From positions 22,072,001 to 22,136,000 of the forward strand of contig JBHGNT010000003.1 in NCBI GenBank assembly GCA_043228905.1: 64,000 nt of DNA. The letters run 5' to 3'. The first letter of the stretch is position 1, and each line of letters starts with the position of its first letter. The position numbers were made by a program, and so were the translations under genes. The notes under the pieces were generated by a model, which worked only from the letters and a program-made list of their open reading frames with translations, ran no database searches and was not told the DNA's origin. Shown one piece after another: positions 55,701 to 64,000 of the stretch. The DNA comes from Azolla caroliniana (lineage: Eukaryota; Plantae; Polypodiophyta).

Positions 55701-58700
55701 AAACCAGATTCTCTCGTCTCTTTTCTTTTCATCTTATTTACTTTTATATTTACTATGTAATATTTACTTTATTTTGATTTGTTCTCAAAGACGAGAAAAC
55801 ATTTAAGATGTAATCTCTTATTCAGTCTTATAGGCCATTTTGGCCTCTTAAAAGACGTTAATATATCTTTCTTTCTTTCTTTCTTTCTCTCTCTTCCATG
55901 TGAAAGCTCCCTCTAGACATATCTTTACTATATTTTTGGCCTCCATTTGGGGAGTTGTAGGTATTTACATTATCTTTATAACTTTTGGTCATTGACTGTC
56001 TGTGAATATACCCAAATGACCTAAAAGTTACTTATCAATAAGAATTGGTCTCAAATCTCTCATAAGGAGATAGGAACTTTTAGTGGCTAAGGTTTCCTCT
56101 CCATTTTTCTGCATAGTTTTCTCTACTTTCTCTCTCCTCACACAGCAGCCCACTCCTTTGGTGTTTTGGAGCAACTGACCATACCATCACATCTCTTTCA
56201 CTTGGGGGTAAAATAACCATTTCAGATGGAGTCAACTTGACAAGAATACTTACTCCAGCTAAGCTTTGAAGATTCTTATCGTCCACTTTGAATGTAAAAA
56301 GACTAGGCTGTGGATCCACAACTGTGTGCCCGAGTTGTTTTGCTAAGGTATAGCCCTGTACATAATATTATAATATTGAGGTTTCAAGACTCCTATCACA
56401 ATAGATGATTAAAAAAAAAACTGAATCAAAACCCGAGGTCATTAATCCATGCATTAAACACCTGGCGGGAGCTCCCTGTTGCCAGTAAAAGATAGTCTGC
56501 CTCATACTTCTGTCCACCAGCAACAATAGTAAACATTGAGTCTGAACTTAAGGAGATCTTTCCGACTGGTGTTTTGTCGTGCAATACAACTGCCGGATCC
56601 AGAGAGCAAAATTAATCATTTTACCAAAGGGATTGAAATAAATTCTCGAAGACCTTACATCTAGTTTCAAATCAGAAACAAACAAAAATGTTTCTTACAA
56701 GTCAAGTAGAAGATGATTCACCTCCGAGTTTCCAAGCTTCATCCAAAAGACACTCTATTATTGTCATTGATGTGTTGCTTACTGGAAACATCCGTCCATC
56801 TTCCTCTATCTGCAACATACTAACAAACACCTGTGTTTCTACTCTTTATAAAAAATAACGCATCACTTCTTCGACAATGCCCTTATGATCTAAAATTGCA
56901 CATCACACCAATACTGGAACATAGAAGAAAGCAATAAAATGAGAAGAAATTGAGCCAATACCTTTAACTTTACTCCTCTGTCATCAAACCATGTTGCAGT
57001 TTCTTTCGGTCCAAATACTCGAAAGAATGATCCCTTCAATTCTTTGTAACCCCTTGGGTATTGCCCTGCTAAAGCCTATAAAAGATATATCATATATAGA
57101 GAGTCAGCTACATTTCCATTGCTTCAGCAACCAAGAATGTCCAAGACATTGAAACATACACATTATTATATTTGTTCTTCTAAATATTCTGATTCTTTGT
57201 CGCAGCTGTTAAAAGTGGTATATAGCCAAACAGAAGTATCTAATCTTTTCACATACATAGATTTCCATAGCCTGAACTCACTCACTTTAAGCCCATAATA
57301 CCCATAGAAATGTCATCAACTCCCAACCATTTTCTGAAACTTTATACGGCTAATTTTGCTGCTAATTCTAGAGACCGTGCGAGGAAGCTGGAATATCTTT
57401 CAAGTTCTGTCAGAATTTTGGTTTTCTTTCCATTCCATGCTTGTGGCTGCTGAATGAGTCACCAAATTCTGAGTTTTTTCTAGTGTTTTCTTTGCTTCAA
57501 GTTTTACCTCTAGTTTATTTAGTTAAGGTACAGGTCCTTTGACTTCGATGATTCAAATGAGAGAGCCATTGATGCGATTGAAATGTAAGTGAGAGGCTTG
57601 GTGACTTTGTTGGAGATTAAATTAACCTTCCTAATTTTCACAGTTTACAATCAATTTTCTCAATTTGGCGATCACATGGATTCAACGTTGTGTTCTGAAA
57701 AAGAGATCATGTTTGCTGTTTTTTGTCTGTGCCCTCATGATATAAGGAAGCCCCACAACATTCATTCAACATATTCATACTCCATAACCCACAGAGCATG
57801 TCGATCCCGTAGTTCACATCCTGTGAAAATAAAAAAATTTGTCATATTGCCACCCCCAAATTACATAGTCTGTCAAGTATCAACAAGTGCTGCCATACTC
57901 CAACTGACTACTAGCACTACATTTCATAAAAGATGAAAATGTATATGGAAGGAGTCTATGCATTGACATATGTAGATTGAACTCAATGCTTCAGTGTCTA
58001 GCCAATTTGATTGCCAGTTCATCAATCTGTTGCAATTCAGATGACTGGCTGCATTCTCAGGTAACAAACAGCCTCAATTTTTCAGTTCACAGAACATATA
58101 TTTCAAACAAACTGGTCAAACCATAGTGAGCTACCCATTACCAAAGGATCAGAATAAAGGCCTGTTGTCACATTGCATCGTCCACCTCCAGATATTTTAA
58201 CCTACACAAACATTTCAATCTTATTAAGACACATAAGAAAACATTTCTCTTCAGTTCTGACAAAATCTTGAAGAGAAATCATCCGAAAAGCATCATCGCC
58301 TGCCAGTAGCAACAAATGCTTACATTTATTTCAAAGCAGCAGATGGTTGCTTTTGAATTTTTCGTAAAGCCATTAGATTTCAATGTGTGATGAATTATAC
58401 AGCAGACCATATTCTTTATCCAGGAGAAATAATCTTTCTCAACATATATTTGAAAAACTATTACCTCTGACTGAGAGAGCCTTAAGAAATTTGTAATACA
58501 TGCAAAGTGTATTAGGTGATGGAACTTCAAAAAACAAATAAAACCATGAGGTGTATAGCACCAAAATGTACAAGAGGGAGGATATACATTGAAAAGATCC
58601 TCTGTACCTGGCTAGCAATATACAGTCCCCTATATGACATGATTTCTGCCATCTATCCTATCACAGAAATCCTAACTCACCTCTCATCGTGTATCAACAT

Positions 58701-59874
58701 TTATATAAAAATACATTGTTATTTAGGGTTGATATATTAGTACCTTGTAGAGGAATTGACTTTTTTCAAGTACGAGAATGTCTAGAGAAGGACAAATTGA
58801 TTTTGCCCTTATTGCACCAAAAATGCCTGCCGGTCCACCCCCCACAACAGCCAAGATCTGATTCACATAATATATAAGAAGACAAATTATCTCTGATAAA
58901 AACCAGTATCGGAAGACAATGTAATGATTATTACTAGTACACTTATCCATATGAAAAAATTGTGAAAGCCAAATCTTCGGCATTCATACCATTATGGAGC
59001 ATTGAGATTTTGTTTCTGATATCAAAGGAAACCTTGATCATTTACAATTTTCATAACCCAACTCTAACAAAAACAAGAAAACCTTCGGTTGAATTGATGT
59101 CATCTAAAAAGAACTGAAACGAAATCCTTTCAAATACGAGAAAAATATATGCTCTTTTGTCAAATTCACAATGAATGACACCTCAATCATTATAAAAGAA
59201 AATTTAACTCACTCTTTACAAACATGGAAAGACCAAACTCTTCTATCAAATTCACATTGATTGACAACTTAATCATTTTAAAAAAATCAACTCACTCTTA
59301 CAAATACAGGATCACGAGAGGTCCTTTTTTAAATTGAGACAGCAAATTGACACCTTAATTTCTTCGATCTTTACAGCCCAAAACTTAGAAATACAGGAAA
59401 GCCACATATGTTATTGATATCAAATTCAACATCGCAATCAATAACTTTACAGCAACTCAATTCTTACAACATTGAAAAAAGGGAAATTAGAACATTAACT
59501 CACACTTATTTAAATTAAAGGATAACCCTCTCTATAAACTTTTACTTATTTATGTATATACATACATTTTTTATCTATATTTCGAATCATACAAAATGAA
59601 CTTGAAGATTAACAAACTCACACTTCAAATCACATTCGCATCCATTCAAAAATGATATAGACAGAGTGTGTATGTGTGTGTATCACACCTTTTTCTGCTG
59701 ACATCTGCAACAGAAACGGAGAGGAGTGGTGATAATAGGCATTTCTTGACAGGGAAGCGAACCAGGGTTTCCATAGCCTGGGCACCAAATTCGAGAAGAG
59801 AGAAACTGTGAATGTTGCAACGAGAATTTGTTGGGTTTCTCGTATTTCAAGGACTGTGTTGCTATTAAGACCAT
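52748..59874 (-). CDS. HI0933/YhiN(BaiN)-family NAD(P)/FAD-dependent oxidoreductase; 16 exons: 59874-59689, 58857-58744, 58201-58142, 57075-56962, 56809-56722, 56589-56462, 56355-56254, 54241-54170, 54070-53971, 53871-53789, 53621-53544, 53453-53355, 53250-53200, 53110-53054, 52951-52910, 52819-52748 (~481 aa)
   Basis: Family motifs [96 protein letters not shown]. Exon phases are consistent; the start codon is uncertain (transit-peptide-like exon 1). Confidence 0.9.
54841..55890 (+). mobile_element. 5'-truncated LINE (same family as 46997-47926), in intron 7 of the HI0933 gene
   Basis: Same ORF2 C-terminal fragment with an internal stop (TGA at 55081), same 3' stem-loop and (CTTT)n tail. It begins right after a (TTC)n run. 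Confidence 0.87.
59150..59480. repeat. degenerate ~85-bp tandem repeat in HI0933 intron 1
   Basis: tcaaattcaca.tga.tgaca....aatcatt.taaaa...aactcactctt.acaaa.a..gga occurs twice clearly, with looser copies following. Confidence 0.65.
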
Positions 59875-61767
59875 TCTCTTATTCTCACCCTGTCTCTGGC
59901 TTTCTTCTTTGCTTTTCACGCTATTACTTTCTCTTTGAGAAAATCATAAACACAAAATCCACCACACCATTAATACTTCGGTGTTCTAAAAAAAACCTGC
60001 AAAATTATAAAACAATGTTGGTTCAATCATCTACCATGTACATACCCCTCAATCAATCATTTTTAGTTCATATTCCTCTGATGATTCTTAGCATATAAGT
60101 TCACTCTCTTGTTTTTTTTTTTTACAAGGTACATAACATTCATGACTGCAATCAAAGAATTATATGTTCTATCGTTCAGTGGTTTATCTAAATCTCCTTA
60201 GTTTTAGACCTTTTTTACTAGTTTCGGTGTATACTTCGTCACATGCAAGTTTTTCCGACATAGAAATCCACCAAACTCTGGCTGTTTTTGCATTATCGAC
60301 TTCACATTTATAACAATCAGATGTCTAGATGTGTACACCCTATGCATATTACTCGAGTAATACGTTTATCACCCCAAGGCCACATAAGTTTTTTAAATAC
60401 TTGGGTAACCTACACTTGGATTGTCGTGACACACACAATGGATATCTTCCATCAACTAACATATTGGGAGATAGATGAGTGTATTGAATAGAAACACACC
60501 ATCATCTTGTACAAGAGAAAAGCATAATCCAGCTCAAGGTGTACCTCCCTTCTCATCATCAACCTAATCTTAGTTTTATTCCTTTTTTTAGTAGTGCCTC
60601 TTTGAATATGATATCAATTTGTTTTGTAAAGCCCAAGAACTATGAGGGAATCTACCTCTTAGAATAACCTTAATAAACTTTCAAGGTAAAATTGAAAAAC
60701 CTTTGTGCACTTCTTTGTGGGTTCTCTCAAATTTAACTGTTTATATTATAATTTCTTATTATGACTATGCAAAATCGACAATGTCGTAGTTGTTGAAATT
60801 AAACAAATGGTAATACCAACTGGTCAAAATTACAAACAAACTAATCTGATATCCAAATATATCAGAAAACGTTTACATAGTTTCATTAAAAACTAGAAAA
60901 TTTAGTTTGTATAGAAGTGTCTCGTTTGATATTTCAAGAAATTTTGCAAATAGGTTGATTTTCGAAATAACCTAATTTCAGTAGTATACATGAATTATAA
61001 TTGCTAATTATAAATATTGTATTTTTACATACGATATAGGCAATTTCTATAAGTACAACATTTGTACAGGTAATGAAATCAGTTAGGTTACTTAATTATT
61101 AAGAGAACGAGAAGTGAACTTGATAAGAGTGCTTTTTCATAACAATAATGAATGATGTGCTATTAAGGAACAACCAAGGTGAGACTATGTTTATGCAATT
61201 CATACAAAATGGGTAAACATAACATTGCTATTCTGGAGAGCAAAGTAACTTGCTACAACTATTTTTAATGACCTGTACAGGGTTGTACCATCGTTGAGCC
61301 AGAATGCTGCCTTCTTCTAATGTCCTAGTTCTATAGTCAAAGAGTTCTTGTCCCATTAGAAGAACCCTTCAAACTCTTCCAAACGTTTTCTTTCATGTGC
61401 CCTTAGCATCTTTAGGCCCATGTGCAAATTCTGATTCAGAAAAAATAACTATGAACACAACATTTCATCTCTCAGAGTTCTCCTGTCAGAAGAATCCTTC
61501 AAACTCTCCAATCATTTATTTTCTCATGTTTCAATTTATTTATCTGGGCACAAGTGCAAATTTCAATCAGGAGAATTATTCTCGACAAAGAAAAGTGAAA
61601 TCCATTTCAACATCCATTTTTTTTTCTTCATTAATGTCTCATTGTAAAACTGCATTCTTCTTATTCCCTCTTGCATGTAAGTCCATAACAATCGTCTGAC
61701 ACCTCTTTCCAATTCTCATGATTTTTGTCATCCCCTACATGAGCAGTCTTTTCACTCAGTATACATA

Positions 61768-61794
61768 TGTGTGTGTGTGTGTGTGTGTGTGTGT
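61768..61794. repeat. (TG)n microsatellite
   Basis: Directly visible. Confidence 0.95.
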
Positions 61795-61851
61795 ATAACT
61801 AGCTGTAAATTTAACATGATTCTTTATCGTTTCGACTTTATTGACTTCTTT

Positions 61852-63612
61852 TCAGGAATGCTCCATACATTTTCTCATCTTTTCTATCTTGTATGCATCA
61901 TTGTGCCGTCCAGCCAAAGAATATAAAGTTCCCATGAGCATATAGGGAGTGGAGCATGTTGGATTGATTGTAATGCATTGATGAAAGCATCTAAATCCCA
62001 ACTCCACTTCAGAGCATCTTTTGCAAGCACTTAACAAAGATAACCACATATCTTCAGATCGAGGATTTACCATTGTTTCTAGAAACTTTTCTGCCTCATA
62101 CAAATCCCCCACCCTTCCAAGAAGATCAACTAAGCAGGTAAAGTGATCAATGCTAGGAACAATCCCAAATTTTGATGTCATTAACTTGAAATACACTAGA
62201 CCTTTGTTCACAAACTTGGCCTGCCTACACGCACTTAGAATGCATGTGAAAGTGATTGCATCTGGCACCACACCCTCTTCTTGCATGCATTCAAAGTAAT
62301 GGATAGCTAATGTGGCCTCATGATTTGTACCATGTCCTTTGATCATAGCATTCCATGATACCACATCTCGCGTCTGGAGTCTGTCAAAAACTTTTTTCCC
62401 ATCTGAAAGCAACCCACATTTTGCATACATATCAACCAATGTGTTTCCAATGAATGCATCCATTTCAAAAGCCTTTATAACAATCTCTCCATGCATATCT
62501 AGGCCTTTTTCTATGGCCCCTATAGTGCCACAAGCTTTTAGCGCATAAACTAATGTGTATTCATCCCGATAAATACCCTTTTCCAGCATTTTATCGAAAT
62601 AATTCAACGCTTCACGGACAGGTCCATGTTCTACATACCCAGCAATAAGAGAATTCCACACTATGATGTCCTGAATTGGCATACTATTAAACACTTCCTT
62701 TGCCTCCAGAAGTGAGCCACATTTCGCATACATGTCAACCAGCGCACTTCCAATGAAAACATCCTCCAAGAACCCCTTTAATGCAATCTCTATATGCATT
62801 TCTTGACCCTTCTCGAGGTTCTTCAAGTTGCCACAAGCTTTCAAGATGCAAATGAGGGTCACATCATTTGAAGAGAAACCATGTAAAACCATTTGTTTAT
62901 AACAATGTAACGCTTCTTGGCTATACCCATAACCAGAATATCCTGAAATCAAGGCCGTCCATGATACCACATTACGCGAGGGAATGTGGTCAAAAACTGC
63001 TCGCGCCTCCAAAAATGCATGGAATTTACAGTAAATGTCGATCAAGGTGCTACCCACAAATACATCTTTTTCTAGACCCTTTTCAACAATCTCAACATAA
63101 ATAGTTTGCACATCTTTTAGATTAGTACAAGCTTTCAGAAGTGCCACAAGTGTGTAGCTACTAGGGTATATAGAACTTTCTATCATCTTCATATAAAGGT
63201 GCAAAGTGTGTTGTATGTGACCATATCGAATATACCCAGACATGAGAGATGTCCATGAATGTACATTCTTGTGGATTAACTTGTCAAAGACTTCTTGGGC
63301 ACTAGCAATATTTCCACATTCAACAAGCATAGGAATGAGGTGGTTCCCAATGGTGGTATTCGATTCAAGCCCTTTGTTGTGGACGTATTCAAGGAGATTG
63401 TTAGCATTTACAAGATCCCTCTTTTTCTTGCAAACTTGTGAAATACATACCAATTTCTCCACCGAAAGAACACCAGAGACATGATTAAGGTTATCACAGA
63501 CATCATGAAAGGCTAGTTTTTCCCAACCAATCACATCTGACTGGGATGAAAATCTTACGTTATAATTATGATGATGTGGATAATTTCCTCTCAAGAAAGA
63601 CTTGTTTATCAT
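61852..63612 (-). CDS. PLS-class PPR protein with E domains, no intact DYW
   Basis: 586-aa intronless ORF with PLS triplets (LVDMYAKCG...A..VF..M...D...WN..I.GY), HFTCLVDLLGRVG, and E1/E2 (WLSLLSACK...YMLMGTLY...AYKIEKMRK). Confidence 0.92.
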   Translation of the reverse strand: MINKSFLRGNYPHHHNYNVRFSSQSDVIGWEKLAFHDVCDNLNHVSGVLSVEKLVCISQVCKKKRDLVNANNLLEYVHNKGLESNTTIGNHLIPMLVECGNIASAQEVFDKLIHKNVHSWTSLMSGYIRYGHIQHTLHLYMKMIESSIYPSSYTLVALLKACTNLKDVQTIYVEIVEKGLEKDVFVGSTLIDIYCKFHAFLEARAVFDHIPSRNVVSWTALISGYSGYGYSQEALHCYKQMVLHGFSSNDVTLICILKACGNLKNLEKGQEMHIEIALKGFLEDVFIGSALVDMYAKCGSLLEAKEVFNSMPIQDIIVWNSLIAGYVEHGPVREALNYFDKMLEKGIYRDEYTLVYALKACGTIGAIEKGLDMHGEIVIKAFEMDAFIGNTLVDMYAKCGLLSDGKKVFDRLQTRDVVSWNAMIKGHGTNHEATLAIHYFECMQEEGVVPDAITFTCILSACRQAKFVNKGLVYFKLMTSKFGIVPSIDHFTCLVDLLGRVGDLYEAEKFLETMVNPRSEDMWLSLLSACKRCSEVELGFRCFHQCITINPTCSTPYMLMGTLYSLAGRHNDAYKIEKMRKCMEHS

Positions 63613-63965
63613 GACATCCCAAAAAAGGTATTACCATCATTATCCAGTGAATATCTTTCTCTCAAGAAATGCTTGCCCCTCGTGGCATGATAAAACAATG
63701 CCTTTAAAATCATATTTCTGTGGATATCTTCCTCTCAAGAATGACGTATTCATCATAATATATGTTAAATTCCTTTACAATCATGTGATCTTGTCGATAT
63801 ATTATTCAAGGCAGACTTGTTCATCGTGGCAAATGATCAAAAACAATATAGTTACAATCGTATAATCTAGTTGATATCTTCCTCCTATCAAGACATTACA
63901 TTGTCCAGAATTTACATTTATAATCATATGATATTGTTGATATCTTCCTCCTATTAAGAAAATCA
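63575..63965. repeat. degenerate minisatellite, ~6 units of ~66-82 bp (mostly 71-73), core GATATCTTCCTCTCAAGA
   Basis: Core tcaag/ttaag at ~63591, 63662, 63735, 63806, 63888 and 63954. The leftmost unit overlaps the PPR start codon. Confidence 0.75.
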
Positions 63966-64000
63966 CCTTGTATGTATATAACTGAGTTACAGGAAGGGAG

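Noticed and set aside
52748-59874. HI0933 gene as a recent bacterial horizontal transfer
   Set aside because: It has fifteen spliceosomal introns and a transit-peptide-like exon, and the family is normal in plants.
63575-63965. Repeat-spacer appearance resembling a CRISPR array
   Set aside because: The cores are degenerate, the intervening parts are related to each other, the context is eukaryotic, and there are no cas genes.

Overview
Gene-dense, AT-rich eukaryotic (land-plant) nuclear DNA with spliceosomal introns. The PPR types (PLS-class, one with long-insert L motifs) suggest a fern; this is inference, and the species cannot be named from sequence alone. I can build nine protein-coding genes, eight of them on the minus strand: three intronless PLS-E PPR organellar RNA-editing factors, a 4-unit polyubiquitin, a copper-ligand-deficient (ENODL-type) phytocyanin, a plastid stromal Hsp70 (8 exons), a GH31 alpha-glucosidase (4 exons), an HI0933/YhiN-type flavoprotein (16 exons, one probable GC-AG intron), and a 9-exon gene of about 825 aa that I do not recognise. 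That gene joins a PH domain and a helical/coiled-coil region to about 16 MPQPGGPMQPMQGR repeats. Non-coding features include an intact tRNA-Arg(ACG) with decayed tandem copies next to it, several 5'-truncated copies of one LINE with (TTTC)n tails, and a hAT-like MITE between Hsp70 heat-shock elements. There is also a 99-bp perfect fold-back with TGT...ACA ends and a 5-bp target-site duplication, and many local tandem duplications, often at gene 3' ends. The best candidates for something new are the PH/prion-like-repeat protein and the integrase-signature fold-back. All exon models were read by eye and need RNA-seq confirmation.
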